Origin: Eledone cirrhosa
Lineage: Eukaryota
Reading direction: 5' to 3'
Length of the DNA stretch: 64,000 bases
Assembly: GCA_964016885.1 (NCBI GenBank)
Contig: OZ024755.1
Coordinates: 38,874,001-38,938,000, forward strand
In this document: positions 19,901 to 34,900 of the stretch, piece after piece
Numbering within the stretch: position 1 is the stretch's first letter
Layout of the letters: the number at the start of each line of letters is the position of its first letter
Program-made: the position numbers and the translations under genes
Notes under the pieces: generated by a model
Told to the model about the DNA's origin: nothing
Database searches by the model: none
The model's input: only the letters and a program-made list of their open reading frames with translations

Positions 19901-22900
19901 TCTCACTAAAGTGTCTTGGGTTGGGGTGTCTCACTAAAGTGTCTTGTATTGGGGTGTCTCACTAAATGTCTTGTATTGGGGTGTCTCACTAAATGTCTTG
20001 TATTGAGGTGTCTCACTAAAGTGTCTTGTAATGGGGTGTCTCGCTAAAGTATCTTGTAGTGGGGTGTCTCACTAAAGTGTCTTGTATTGGGGTGTCTCAC
20101 TAAAGTGTCTTGTATTGGGGTGTCTCACTAAAGTGTCTTGTATTGGGGTGTCTCACTAAAGTGTCTTGTAATGGGGTGTCTCGCTAAAGTATCTTGTAGT
20201 GGGGTGTCTCACTAAAGTGTCTTGTATTGGGGTGTCTCACTAAAGTGTCTTGTATTGGGGTGTCTCACTAAAGTGTCTTGTATTGGGGTGTCTCACTAAA
20301 GTGTCTTGTATTGGGGTGTCTCACTAAAGTGTCTTGTATTGGGGTGTCACACTAAAGTGTCTTGTATTGAAGTGTCTCACTAAAGTGTCTTGTATTGGTG
20401 TGTCTCACTAAAGTGTCTTGTATTGGGGTGTCTCACTAAAGTGTCTTGTATTGGGGTGTCACACTAAAGTGATTTGTATTGGGTGTCTCACTAAAGTGTT
20501 TTCTATTGGGGTGTCTCACTAAAGCCTCTTGTATTGCCGTGACTCACCTAAATGTCTTGTATTGGGGTGTCTCACTAAAGTGTCTTGTATTGGGGTGTCT
20601 CACTAAAATGTTTTCTATTGGGGTGTCTCACTAAAGTGTCTTGTAATGGGGTGTCTCACTAAATTGTCTTGTATTGAGGGTGTCTCACTAAAGTGTCTTG
20701 TATTGGGGTGTCTCACTAAAGTGTCTTGTATTGGGGTGTCTCACTAAAGTGTCTTGTATTGGGGTGTCTCACTAAAGTGTCTTGTATTGGTGTGTCTCAC
20801 TAAAGTGTCTTCTATTGGGGTGTCACACTAAAGTGTCTTGTATTGGAGTGTCTCACTAAAGTGTCTAGTATTGGGGTGTCACACTAAAGTGTCTTGTATT
20901 GGGGTGTCTCACCAAAGTGTCTTGTATGGGGGTGTCTCACCTAAATGTCTTGTATTGGGTGTCTCACTAAAGTGTCTTGTATTGAGGGTGTCTCACTAAA
21001 GTGTGTTGGGTTGGGGTGTCTCACTAAAGTGTCTTGTATTGGGGTGTCTCACTAAATGTCTTGTGTTGGGGTGTCTCACTAAATGTCTTGTATTGAGGTG
21101 TCTCACTAAAGTGTCTTGTAATGGGGTGTCTCGCTAACGTATCTTGTAGTGGGGTGTCTCACTAAAGTGTCTTGTATTGGGGTGTCTCACTAAAGTGTCT
21201 TGTATTGGGGTGTCTCACTAAAGTGTCTTGTATTGGGGTGTCTCACTAAAGTGTCTTGTAATGGGGTGTCTCGCTAAAGTATCTTGTAGTGGGGTGTCTC
21301 ACTAAAGTGTCTTGTATTGGGGTGTCTCACTAAAGTGTCTTGTATTGGGGTGTCTCACTAAAGTGTCTTGTATTGGGGTGTCTCACTAAAGTGTCTTGTA
21401 TTGGGGTGTCTCACTAAAGTGTCTTGTATTGGGGTGTCTCACTAAAGTGTCTTGTATTGGGGTGTCACACTAAAGTGTCTTGTATTGAAGTGTCTCACTA
21501 AAGTGTCTTGTATTGGGGTGTCTCACTAAAGTGTCTTGTATTGGGGTGTCTCACTAAAGTGTCTTGTATTGGGGTGTCACACTAAAGTGACTTGTATTGG
21601 GTGTCTCACTAAAGTGTTTTCTATTGGGGTGTCTCACTAAAGCCTCTTGTATTGCCGTGACTCACCTAAATGTCTTGTATTGGGGTGTCTCACTAAAGTG
21701 TCTTGTATTGGGATGTCTCACTAAAATGTTTTCTATTGGGGTGTCTCACTAAAGTCTTTTCTATTGGGGTGTCTCACTAAACTCTTTCCTATTGGGGTGT
21801 CTCACCTAAATGTCTTGTATTGGGGTGTCTCACTAAAGTGTCTTGTATTGGGGTGTCTCACTAAAATGTCTTGTTTTGGGGTGTCTCACTAAAGTGTCTT
21901 GTATTGGGGTGTCTCACTAAAGTGTCTTGTATTGGGGTGTCTCACTAAAGTGTCTTGTATTGGGGTGTCTCACTAAAGTGTCTTGTATTGGGGGTGTCTC
22001 ACTAAAGTGTCTTGTATTGGGGTGTCTCACTAAAGTCTTGTATTGGGGGTGTCTCACTTAAGTGTCTTGTATTGGGGTGTCTCACTAAAGTGTCTTGTAT
22101 TGGGGTGTCTCACTAAAATGTCTTGTATTGAGGTGTCTCACTAAAGTGTCTTGTATTGGGGTGTCTCGCTAAAGTGACTTGTAGTGGGGTGTCTCACTAA
22201 AGTGTCTTGTATTGGGGTGTCTCACTAAAGTGTCTTGTATTGGGGTGTCTCACTAAAGTGTCTTGTATTGGGGTGTCTCACTAAAGTGTCTTGTATTGGG
22301 GTGTCACACTAAAGTGTCTTGTATTGGGTCTCTCACTAAAGTGTCTTCTATTGGGGTGTCTCACTAAAGTCTCTTGTATTGCGGTGTCTCACCTAAATGT
22401 CTTGTATTGGTGTGTCTCACTAAAGTGTCTTGTATTGGGGTGTCTCACTAAAGTGTCTTGTATTGGGGTGTCTCACTAAAGTGTCTTGTATTGGGGTGTC
22501 TCACTAAAATGTCTTGTAGTGGGGTGTCTCACCTAAAGTGTGTTGTATTGGGGTGTCTCACTAAAGTGTCTTGTATTGGCGGTGTCTCACTAAAGTGTCT
22601 TGTATTGGGGTATCTCACTAAAGTGTCTTGTATTGGGGTGTCCTGTATTGGGGTGTCTCACTAAAGTGTCTTGTATTGGGGTGTCTCACTAAAGTGTCTT
22701 GTATTGGTGTGTCTCACTAAAGTGTCTTCTATTGGGGTGTCACACTAAAGTGTCTTGTATTGGAGTGTCTCACTAAAGTGTCTAGTATTGGGGTGTCACA
22801 CTAAAGTGTCTTGTATTGGGGTGTCTCACTAAAGTGTCTTGTATGGGGGTGTCTCACCTAAATGTCTTGTATTGGGGTGTCTCACTAAAGTGTCTTGTAT

Positions 22901-25900
22901 TGAGGTTGTCTTACTAAAGTGTCTTGTATAGAGGTGTCTCACTAAAGCGTCTTGTATTGGGGTGTCTCACTAAAGTGTCTTGTATTGGGGTGTCTCACTA
23001 AAGTGTCTTGTATTGGGGTGTCTCACTAAAATGTCTTGTATTGGGGTGTCTCACTAAAGTGTCTTGTATTGGGGTGTCTCACTAAAGTGTCTTGTATTGG
23101 GGGTGTCTCACTAAAGTGTCTTGTATTGGGGTGTCTCACTAAAGTGTCTTGTATTGGGGTGTCTCACTAAAGGGTCTTGTATTGGGGTGTCTCACTAAAG
23201 TGTCTTGTATTGGGGTGTCTCACTAAAGTGTCTTGGGTTGGGGTGTCTCACTAAAGTGTCTTGTATTGGGGTTTCTCACTAAATGTCTTGTATTGAGGTG
23301 TCTCGCTAAAGTGTCTTGTAGTGGGGTGTCTCACTAAAGTGTCTTGTAATGGGGTGTCTCACTAAAGTGTCTTGTATTGAGGGTGTCTCACTAAAGTGTC
23401 TTGTATTGGGGTGTCTCACTAAAGTGTCTTGTATTGGGGTGTCTCACTAAAGTGTCTTGTATTGGGGTGTCTCACTAAAGTGTCTTGTATTGGTGTGTCT
23501 CACTAAAGTGTCTTCTATTGGAGTGTCTCACTAAAGTGTCTAGTATTGGGGTGTCACACTAAAGTGTCTTGTATTGGGGTGTCTCACCAAAGTGTCTTGT
23601 ATGGGGGTGTCTCACCTAAATGGCTTGTATTGGGTGTCTCACTAAAGTGTCTTGTATTGAGGGTGTCTTACTAAAGTGTCTTGTATAGAGGTGTCTCACT
23701 AAAGTGTCTTGGGTTGGGGTGTCTCACTAAAGTGTCTTGTATTGGGGTGTCTCACTAAATATCTTGTATTGGGGTGTCTCACTAAATGTCTTGTATTGAG
23801 GTGTCTCACTAAAGTGTCTTGTAATGGGGTGTCTCGCTAAAGTATCTTGTAGTGGGGTGTCTCACTAAAGTGTCTTGTATTGGGGTGTCTCACTAAAGTG
23901 TCTTGTATTGGGGTGTCTCACTAAAGTGTCTTGTATTGGGGTGTCTCACTAAAGTGTCTTGTATTTGGGTGTCTCACTAAAATGTCTTGTATTGGGGTGT
24001 CTCACTAAAGTGTCTTGTATTGGGGTGTCTCACTAAAGTGTCTTGTATAGGGGTGTCTCACTAAATGTCTTGTATTGGGGTGTCTCACTAAATGTCTTGT
24101 ATTGAGGTGTCTCACTAAAGTGTCTTGTAAAGGGGTGTCTCGCTAAAGTATCTTGTAGTGGGGTGTCTCACTAAAGTGTCTTGTATTGGGGTGTCTCACT
24201 AAAGTGTTTTGTATTGGGGTGTCTCACTAAAGTGTCTTGTATTGGGGTGTCTCACTAAAATGTCTTGTATTGGGGTGTCTCACTAAAGTGTCTTGTATTG
24301 GGGTGTCTCACTAAAGTGTCTTGTATTGGGGTGTCTCACAAAAATGTCTTGTATTGGGGTGTCTCACTAAAGTGTCTTGTAATGGGGTGTCTCACTAAAG
24401 TGTCTTGTATTGGGGGTGTCTCACTAAAGTGTCTTGTATTGGGGTGTCTCACTAAAGTGTCTTGTATTGGGGTGTCTCACTAAAGTGTCTTGTATTGGGG
24501 TGTCTCACTAAAGTGTCTTGTATTGGGGTGTCTCACTAAAGTGTCTTGGGTTGGGGTGTCTCACTAAAGTGTCTTGTATTGGGGTTTCTCACTAAATGTC
24601 TTGTATTGAGGTGTCTCGCTAAAGTGTCTTGTAGTGGGGTGTCTCACTAAAGTGTCTTGTATTGAGGGTGTCTCACTAAAGTGTCTTGTATTGGGGTGTC
24701 TCACTAAAGTGTCTTGTATTGGGGTGTCTCACTAAAGTGTCTTGTATTGGGGTGTCTCACTAAAGTGTCTTGTATTGGGGTGTCTCACTAAAGTGTCTTG
24801 TATTGGTGTGTCTCACTAAAGTGTCTTCTATTGGGGTGTCACACTAAAGTGTCTTGTATTGGAGTGTCTCACTAAAGTGTCTAGTATTGGGGTGTCACAC
24901 TAAAGTGTCTTGTATTGGGGTGTCTCACCAAAGTGTCTTGTATGGGGGTGTCTCACCTAAATGTCTTGTATTGGGTGTCTCACTAAAGTGTCTTGTATTG
25001 AGGGTGTCTCACTAAAGTGTCTTGGGTTGGGGTGTCTCACTAAAGTGTCTTGTATTGGGGTGTCTCACTAAATGTCTTGTATTGGGGTGTCTCACTAAAT
25101 GTCTTGTATTGAGGTGTCTCACTAAAGTGTCTTGTAATGGGGTGTCTCGCTAAAGTATCTTGTAGTGGGGTGTCTCACTAAAGTGTCTTGTATTGGGGTG
25201 TCTCACTAAAGTGTCTTGTATTGGGGTGTCTCACTAAAGTGTCTTGTATTGGGGTGTCTCACTAAAGTGTCTTGTAATGGGGTGTCTCGCTAAAGTATCT
25301 TGTAGTGGGGTGTCTCACTAAAGTGTCTTGTATTGGGGTGTCTCACTAAAGTGTCTTGTATTGGGGTGTCTCACTAAAGTGTCTTGTATTGGGGTGTCTC
25401 ACTAAAGTGTCTTGTATTGGGGTGTCTCACTAAAGTGTCTTGTATTGGGGTGTCTCTCTAAAGTGTCTTGTATTGGGGTGTCACACTAAAGTGTCTTGTA
25501 TTGAAGTGTCTCACTAAAGTGTCTTGTATTGGGGTGTCTCACTAAAGTGTCTTGTATTGGGGTGTCTCACTAAAGTGTCTTGTATTGGGGTGTCACACTA
25601 AAGTGTCTTGTATTGGGTGTCTCACTAAAGTGTTTTCTATTGGGGTGTCTCACTAAAGCCTCTTGTATTGCCGTGACTCACCTAAATGTCTTGTATTGGG
25701 GTGTCTCACTAAAGTGTCTTGTATTGGGGTGTCTCACTAAAATGTTTTCTATTGGGGTGTCTCACTAAAGTGTCTTGTAATGGGGTGTCTCACTAAAGTG
25801 TCTTGTATTGAGGGTGTCTCACTAAAGTGTCTTGTATTGAGGGTGTCTCACTAAAGTGTCTTGTATTGGGGTGTCTCACTAAAGTGTCTTGTATTGGGGT

Positions 25901-28900
25901 GTCTCACTAAAGTGTCTTGGGTTGGGGTGTCTCACTAAAGTGTCTTGTATTGGGGTTTCTCACTAAATGTCTTGTATTGAGGTGTCTCGCTAAAGTGTCT
26001 TGTAGTGGGGTGTCTCACTAAAGTGTCTTGTATTGAGGGTGTCTCACTAAAGTGTCTTGTATTGGGGTGTCTCACTAAAGTGTCTTGTATTGGGGTGTCT
26101 CACTAAAGTGTCTTGTATTGGGGTGTCTCACTAAAGTGTCTTGTATTGGGGTGTCTCACTAAAGTGTCTTGTATTGGTGTGTCTCACTAAAGTGTCTTCT
26201 ATTGGGGTGTCACACTAAAGTGTCTTGTATTGGAGTGTCTCACAAAAGTGTCAAGTATTGGGGTGTCACACTAAAGTGTCTTGTATAGGGGTGTCTCACC
26301 AAAGTGTCTTGTATGGGGGTGTCTCACCTAAATGTCTTGTATTGGGTGTCTCACTAAAGTGTCTTGTATTGAGGGTGTCTCACTAAAGTGTCTTGGGTTG
26401 GGGTGTCTCACTAAAGTGTCTTGTATTGGGGTGTCTCACTAAATGTCTTGTATTGGGGTGTCTCACTAAATGTCTTGTATTGAGGTGTCTCACTAAAGTG
26501 TCTTGTAATGGGGTGTCTCGCTAAAGTATCTTGTAGTGGGGTGTCTCACTAAAGTGTCTTGTATTGGGGTGTCTCACTAAAGTGTCTTGTATTGGGGTGT
26601 CTCACTAAAGTGTCTTGTATTGGGGTGTCTCACTAAAGTGTCTTGTAATGGGGTGTCTCGCTAAAGTATCTTGTAGTGGGGTGTCTCACTAAAGTGTCTT
26701 GTATTGGGGTGTCTCACTAAAGTGTCTTGTATTGGGGTGTCTCACTAAAGTGTCTTGTATTGGGGTGTCTCACTAAAGTGTCTTGTATTGGGGTGTCTCA
26801 CTAAAGTGTCTTGTATTGGGGTGTCACACTAAAGTGTCTTGTATTGAAGTGTCTCACTAAAGTGTCTTGTATTGGTGTGTCTCACTAAAGTGTCTTGTAT
26901 TGGGGTGTCTCACTAAAGTGTCTTGTATTGGGGTGTCACACTAAAGTGATTTGTATTGGGTGTCTCACTAAAGTGTTTTCTATTGGGGTGTCTCACTAAA
27001 GCCTCTTGTATTGCCGTGACTCACCTAAATGTCTTGTATTGGGGTGTCTCACTAAAGTGTCTTGTATTGGGGTGTCTCACTAAAATGTTTTCTATTGGGG
27101 TGTCTCACTAAAGTGTCTTGTAATGGGGTGTCTCACTAAATTGTCTTGTATTGAGGGTGTCTCACTAAAGTGTCTTGTATTGGGGTGTCTCACTAAAGTG
27201 TCTTGTATTGGGGTGTCTCACTAAAGTGTCTTGTATTGGGGTGTCTCACTAAAGTGTCTTGTATTGGTGTGTCTCACTAAAGTGTCTTCTATTGGGGTGT
27301 CACACTAAAGTGTCTTGTATTGGAGTGTCTCACTAAAGTGTCTAGTATTGGGGTGTCACACTAAAGTGTCTTGTATTGGGGTGTCTCACCAAAGTGTCTT
27401 GTATGGGGGTGTCTCACCTAAATGTCTTGTATTGGGTGTCTCACTAAAGTGTCTTGTATTGAGGGTGTCTCACTAAAGTGTGTTGGGTTGGGGTGTCTCA
27501 CTAAAGTGTCTTGTATTGGGGTGTCTCACTAAATGTCTTGTGTTGGGGTGTCTCACTAAATGTCTTGTATTGAGGTGTCTCACTAAAGTGTCTTGTAATG
27601 GGGTGTCTCGCTAACGTATCTTGTAGTGGGGTGTCTCACTAAAGTGTCTTGTATTGGGGTGTCTCACTAAAGTGTCTTGTATTGGGGTGTCTCACTAAAG
27701 TGTCTTGTATTGGGGTGTCTCACTAAAGTGTCTTGTAATGGGGTGTCTCGCTAAAGTATCTTGTAGTGGGGTGTCTCACTAAAGTGTCTTGTATTGGGGT
27801 GTCTCACTAAAGTGTCTTGTATTGGGGTGTCTCACTAAAGTGTCTTGTATTGGGGTGTCTCACTAAAGTGTCTTGTATTGGGGTGTCTCACTAAAGTGTC
27901 TTGTATTGGGGTGTCTCACTAAAGTGTCTTGTATTGGGGTGTCACACTAAAGTGTCTTGTATTGAAGTGTCTCACTAAAGTGTCTTGTATTGGGGTGTCT
28001 CACTAAAGTGTCTTGTATTGGGGTGTCTCACTAAAGTGTCTTGTATTGGGGTGTCACACTAAAGTGACTTGTATTGGGTGTCTCACTAAAGTGTTTTCTA
28101 TTGGGGTGTCTCACTAAAGCCTCTTGTATTGCCGTGACTCACCTAAATGTCTTGTATTGGGGTGTCTCACTAAAGTGTCTTGTATTGGGGTGTCTCACTA
28201 AAATGTTTTCTATTGGGGTGTCTCACTAAAGTGTCTTGTAATGGGGTGTCTCACTAAAGTGTGTTGTATTGAGGGTGTCTCACTAAAGTGTCTTGTATTG
28301 GGGTGTCTCACTAAAGTGTCTTGTATTGGGGTGTCTCACTAAAGTGTCTTGTATTGGGGTGTCTCACTAAAGTGTCTTGTCTTGGTGTGTCTCACTAAAG
28401 TGTCTTCTATTGGGGTGTCACACTAAAGTGTCTAGTATTGTAGTGTCTCACTAAAGTGTCTAGTATTGGGGTGTCACACTAAAGTGTCTTGTATTGGGGT
28501 GTCTCACTAAAGTGTCTTGTATTGGGGTGTCTCACCAAAGTGTCTTGTATGGGGGTGTCTCACCTAAATGTCTTGTATTGGGTGTCTCACTAAAGTGTCT
28601 TGTATTGAGGGTGTCTCACTAAAGTGTCTTGGGTTGGGGTGTCTCACTAAAGTGTCTTGTATTGGGGTGTCTCACTAAATGTCTTGTATTGGGGTGTCTC
28701 ACTAAATGTCTTGTATTGAGGTGTCTCACTAAAGTGTCTTGTAATGGGGTGTCTCGCTAACGTATCTTGTAGTGGGGTGTCTCACTAAAGTATCTTGTAT
28801 TGGGGTGTCTCACTAAAGTGTCTTGTATTGGGGTGTCTCACTAAAGTGTCTTGTATTGGGGTGTCTCACTAAAGTGTCTTGTATTGGGGTGTCTCACTAA

Positions 28901-31900
28901 AGTGTCTTGTATTGGGGTGTCACACTAAAGTGTCTTGTATTGGGTGTCTCACTAAAGTGTTTTCTATTGGGGTGTCTCACTAAAGCCTCTTGTATTGCCG
29001 TGACTCACCTAAATGTCTTGTATTGGGGTGTCTCACTAAAGTGTCTTGTATTGGGGTGTCTCACTAAAATGTTTTCTATTGGGGTGTCTCACTAAAGTGT
29101 CTTGTAATGGGGTGTCTCACTAAAGTGTCTTGTATTGAGGGTGTCTCACTAAAGTGTCTTGTATTGAGGGTGTCTCACTAAAGTGTCTTGTATTGGGGTG
29201 TCTCACTAAAGTGTCTTGTATTGGGGTGTCTCACTAAAGTGTCTTGGGTTGGGGTGTCTCACTAAAGTGTCTTGTATTGGGGTTTCTCACTAAATGTCTT
29301 GTATTGAGGTGTCTCGCTAAAGTGTCTTGTAGTGGGGTGTCTCACTAAAGTGTCTTGTATTGAGGGTGTCTCACTAAAGTGTCTTGTATTGGGGTGTCTC
29401 ACTAAAGTGTCTTGTATTGGGGTGTCTCACTAAAGTGTCTTGTATTGGGGTGTCTCACTAAAGTGTCTTGTATTGGGGTGTCTCACTAAAGTGTCTTGTA
29501 TTGGTGTGTCTCACTAAAGTGTCTTCTATTGGGGTGTCACACTAAAGTGTCTTGTATTGGAGTGTCTCACAAAAGTGTCTAGTATTGGGGTGTCACACTA
29601 AAGTGTCTTGTATTGGGGTGTCTCACCAAAGTGTCTTGTATGGGGGTGTCTCACCTAAATGTCTTGTATTGGGTGTCTCACTAAAGTGTCTTGTATTGAG
29701 GGTGTCTCACTAAAGTGTCTTGGGTTGGGGTGTCTCACTAAAGTGTCTTGTATTGGGGTGTCTCACTAAATGTCTTGTATTGGGGTGTCTCACTAAATGT
29801 CTTGTATTGAGGTGTCTCACTAAAGTGTCTTGTAATGGGGTGTCTCGCTAAAGTATCTTGTAGTGGGGTGTCTCACTAAAGTGTCTTGTATTGGGGTGTC
29901 TCACTAAAGTGTCTTGTATTGGGGTGTCTCACTAAAGTGTCTTGTATTGGGGTGTCTCACTAAAGTGTCTTGTAATGGGGTGTCTCGCTAAAGTATCTTG
30001 TAGTGGGGTGTCTCACTAAAGTGTCTTGTATTGGGGTGTCTCACTAAAGTGTCTTGTATTGGGGTGTCTCACTAAAGTGTCTTGTATTGGGGTGTCTCAC
30101 TAAAGTGTCTTGTATTGGGGTGTCTCACTAAAGTGTCTTGTATTGGGGTGTCACACTAAAGTGTCTTGTATTGAAGTGTCTCACTAAAGTGTCTTGTATT
30201 GGTGTGTCTCACTAAAGTGTCTTGTATTGGGGTGTCTCACTAAAGTGTCTTGTATTGGGGTGTCACACTAAAGTGATTTGTATTGGGTGTCTCACTAAAG
30301 TGTTTTCTATTGGGGTGTCTCACTAAAGCCTCTTGTATTGCCGTGACTCACCTAAATGTCTTGTATTGGGGTGTCTCACTAAAGTGTCTTGTATTGGGGT
30401 GTCTCACTAAAATGTTTTCTATTGGGGTGTCTCACTAAAGTGTCTTGTAATGGGGTGTCTCACTAAATTGTCTTGTATTGAGGGTGTCTCACTAAAGTGT
30501 CTTGTATTGGGGTGTCTCACTAAAGTGTCTTGTATTGGGGTGTCTCACTAAAGTGTCTTGTATTGGGGTGTCTCACTAAAGTGTCTTGTATTGGTGTGTC
30601 TCACTAAAGTGTCTTCTATTGGGGTGTCACACTAAAGTGTCTTGTATTGGAGTGTCTCACTAAAGTGTCTAGTATTGGGGTGTCACACTAAAGTGTCTTG
30701 TATTGGGGTGTCTCACCAAAGTGTCTTGTATGGGGGTGTCTCACCTAAATGTCTTGTATTGGGTGTCTCACTAAAGTGTCTTGTATTGAGGGTGTCTCAC
30801 TAAAGTGTGTTGGGTTGGGGTGTCTCACTAAAGTGTCTTGTATTGGGGTGTCTCACTAAATGTCTTGTGTTGGGGTGTCTCACTAAATGTCTTGTATTGA
30901 GGTGTCTCACTAAAGTGTCTTGTAATGGGGTGTCTCGCTAACGTATCTTGTAGTGGGGTGTCTCACTAAAGTGTCTTGTATTGGGGTGTCTCACTAAAGT
31001 GTCTTGTATTGGGGTGTCTCACTAAAGTGTCTTGTATTGGGGTGTCTCACTAAAGTGTCTTGTAATGGGGTGTCTCGCTAAAGTATCTTGTAGTGGGGTG
31101 TCTCACTAAAGTGTCTTGTATTGGGGTGTCTCACTAAAGTGTCTTGTATTGGGGTGTCTCACTAAAGTGTCTTGTATTGGGGTGTCTCACTAAAGTGTCT
31201 TGTATTGGGGTGTCTCACTAAAGTGTCTTGTATTGGGGTGTCTCACTAAAGTGTCTTGTATTGGGGTGTCACACTAAAGTGTCTTGTATTGAAGTGTCTC
31301 ACTAAAGTGTCTTGTATTGGGGTGTCTCACTAAAGTGTCTTGTATTGGGGTGTCTCACTAAAGTGTCTTGTATTGGGGTGTCACACTAAAGTGACTTGTA
31401 TTGGGTGTCTCACTAAAGTGTTTTCTATTGGGGTGTCTCACTAAAGCCTCTTGTATTGCCGTGACTCACCTAAATGTCTTGTATTGGGGTGTCTCACTAA
31501 AGTGTCTTGTATTGGGGTGTCTCACTAAAATGTTTTCTATTGGGGTGTCTCACTAAAGTGTCTTGTAATGGGGTGTCTCACTAAAGTGTGTTGTATTGAG
31601 GGTGTCTCACTAAAGTGTCTTGTATTGGGGTGTCTCACTAAAGTGTCTTGTATTGGGGTGTCTCACTAAAGTGTCTTGTATTGGGGTGTCTCACTAAAGT
31701 GTCTTGTCTTGGTGTGTCTCACTAAAGTGTCTTCTATTGGGGTGTCACACTAAAGTGTCTAGTATTGTAGTGTCTCACTAAAGTGTCTAGTATTGGGGTG
31801 TCACACTAAAGTGTCTTGTATTGGGGTGTCTCACTAAAGTGTCTTGTATTGGGGTGTCTCACCAAAGTGTCTTGTATGGGGGTGTCTCACCTAAATGTCT

Positions 31901-34900
31901 TGTATTGGGTGTCTCACTAAAGTGTCTTGTATTGAGGGTGTCTCACTAAAGTGTCTTGGGTTGGGGTGTCTCACTAAAGTGTCTTGTATTGGGGTGTCTC
32001 ACTAAATGTCTTGTATTGGGGTGTCTCACTAAATGTCTTGTATTGAGGTGTCTCACTAAAGTGTCTTGTAATGGGGTGTCTCGCTAACGTATCTTGTAGT
32101 GGGGTGTCTCACTAAAGTATCTTGTATTGGGGTGTCTCACTAAAGTGTCTTGTATTGGGGTGTCTCACTAAAGTGTCTTGTATTGGGGTGTCTCACTAAA
32201 GTGTCTTGTATTGGGGTGTCTCACTAAAGTGTCTTGTATTTGGGTGTCTCACTAAAATGTCTTGTATTGGGGTGTCTCACTAAAGTGTCTTGTATTGGGG
32301 TGTCTCACTAAAGTGTCTTGTATAGGGGTGTCTCACTAAATGTCTTGTATTGGGGTGTCTCACTAAATGTCTTGTATTGAGGTGTCTCACTAAAGTGTCT
32401 TGTAATGGGGTGTCTCGCTAAAGTATCTTGTAGTGGGGTGTCTCACTAAAGTGTCTTGTATTGGGGTGTCTCACTAAAGTGTCTTGTATTGGGGTGTCTC
32501 ACTAAAGTGTCTTGTATTGGGGTGTCTCACTAAAGTGTCTTGTATTGGGGGTGACTCACCTAAATGACTTGTATTGGGGTGTCTCACTAAAGTGTCTTGT
32601 ATTGGGGTGTCTCACTAAAGTGTCTTGTATTGGGGTGTCTCACTAAAGTGTCTTATATTGGGGTGTCTCACTAAAGTGTCTTGTATTGGGGTGTCACACT
32701 AAAGTGTCTTGTATTGGGGTGTCACACTAAAGTGTCTTGTATTGGAGTGTCTCACTAAAGTGTCTTGTATTGGGGTGTCTCACTAAAGTGTCTTGTATTG
32801 GGGTGTCTCACTAAAGTGTCTTGTATTGGGGTGTCTCACTAAAGTGTCTTGTATTGGGGTGTCACACTAAAGTGTCTTGTATTGGGTGTCACACTAAAGT
32901 GTTTTCTATTGGGGTGTCTCAATAAAGCCTCTTGTATTGCCGTGACTCACCTAAATGTCTTGTATTGGGGTGTCTCACTAAAGTGTCTTGTATTGGGGTG
33001 TCTCACTAAAATGTTTTCTATTGGGGTGTCTCACTAAAGTCTTTTCTATTGGGGTGTCTCACTAAAGTCTTTTCTATTGGGGTGTCTCACTAAAGTGTCT
33101 TGTATTGGGGTGTCTCACTAAAGTGTCTTGTATTGGGGTGTCTCACTAAAATGTCTTGTATTGGGGAGTCTCACTAAAGTGTCTTGTATTGGGGGTGTCT
33201 CACTAAAGTGTCTTGTATTGGGGTGTCTCACTAAAGTGTCTTGTATTGGGGTGTCTCACTAATGTGTCTTGTATTGGGGTGTCTCACTAAGGTGTCTTGG
33301 GTTGGGGGTGTCTCACTAAAGTGTCTTGTATTGGGGTGTCTCACTAAAGTGTCTTGTATTGGGGTGTCTCACTAAAATGTCTTGTAGTGGGGTGTCTCAC
33401 CTAAAGTGTCTTGTATTGGGGTGTCTCACTAAAGTGTCTTGTATTGACGGTGTCTCACTAAAGTGTCTTGTATTGGGGTATCTCACTAAAGTGTCTTGTA
33501 TTGGGTGTCTTGTATTGGGTGTCTCACTAAAGTGTCTTCTATTGGGGTGTCTCACTAAAGCCTCTTGTATTGCTGTGACTCACCTAAATGTCTTGTATTG
33601 GGGTGTCTCACTAAAGTGTCTTGTATTGGGGTGTCTCACTAAAATGTCTTGTATTGGGGTGTCACACTAAAGTGTCTTGTATTGGGATGTCTCACTAAAA
33701 TGTTTTCTATTGGGGTGTCTCACTAAAGTCTTTTCTATTGGGGTGTCTCACTAAAGTGTCTTGTATTGGGGTGTCTCACTAAAATGTCTTGTATTGGGGT
33801 GTCTCATTAAAGTGTCTTGTATTGGGGGTGTCTCACTAAAGTGTCTTGTATTGGGGTGTCTCACTAAAGTGTCTTGTATTGGGGTGTCTCACTAAAGTGT
33901 CTTGTATTGGGGTGTCTCACTAAAGTGTCTTGTATTGGGGTGTCTCACTAAAGTGTCTTGGGTTGGGGTGTCTCACTAAAGTGTCTTGTATTGGGGTGTC
34001 TCACTGAATGTCTTGTATTGAGGTGTCTCACTAAAGTGTCTTGTATTGGGGTGTCTCGCTAAAGTGACTTGTAGTGGTGTGTCTCACTAAAGTGTCTTGT
34101 ATTGGGGTGTCTCACTAAAGTGTCTTGTATTGGGGTGTCTCACTAAAGTGTCTTGTATTGGGGTGTCTCACTAAAGTGTCTTGTATTGGGGTGTCACACT
34201 AAAGTGTCTTGTATTGGGTGTCTCACTAAAGTGTCTTCTATTGCGGTATCTCACTAAAGCCTCTTGTATTGCGGTGACTCACCTAAATGTCTTGTATTAG
34301 GGTGTCTCACTAAATGGTCTTGTATTGGGGTGTCTCACTAAAATGTCTTGTATTGGGGTGTCACACTAAAATGTCTTGTATTGGGGTGTCTCACTAAAGT
34401 GTCTTGTATTGGGGTGTCTCACTAAAGTGTCTTGTATTGGGGTGTCTCACTAAAGTGTCTTGTATTGGGGTGTCTCACTAAAGTGTCTTGTATTGGGGTG
34501 TCTCACTAAAGTGTCTTGTATTGGGGTGTCTCACTAAAGTGTCTTGTATTGGGGTGTCTCACTAAAGTGTCTTGTATTGGGGGTGTCTCACTAAAGTGTC
34601 TTGTATTGGGGTGTCTCACTAAAGTGTCTTGTATTGGGGGTGTCTCACTTAAGTGTCTTGTATTGAAGTGTCTCACTAAAGTGTCTTGTATTGGGGTGTC
34701 TCACTAAAGTGTCTTGTATTGGGGTGTCTCACTAAAGTGTCTTGTATTGGGGTGTCACACTAAAGTGACTTGTATTGGGTGTCTCACTAAAGTGTTTTCT
34801 ATTGGGGTGTCTCACTAAAGCCTCTTGTATTGCCGTGACTCACCTAAATGTCTTGTATTGGGGTGTCTCACTAAAGTGTCTTGTATTGGGGTGTCTCACT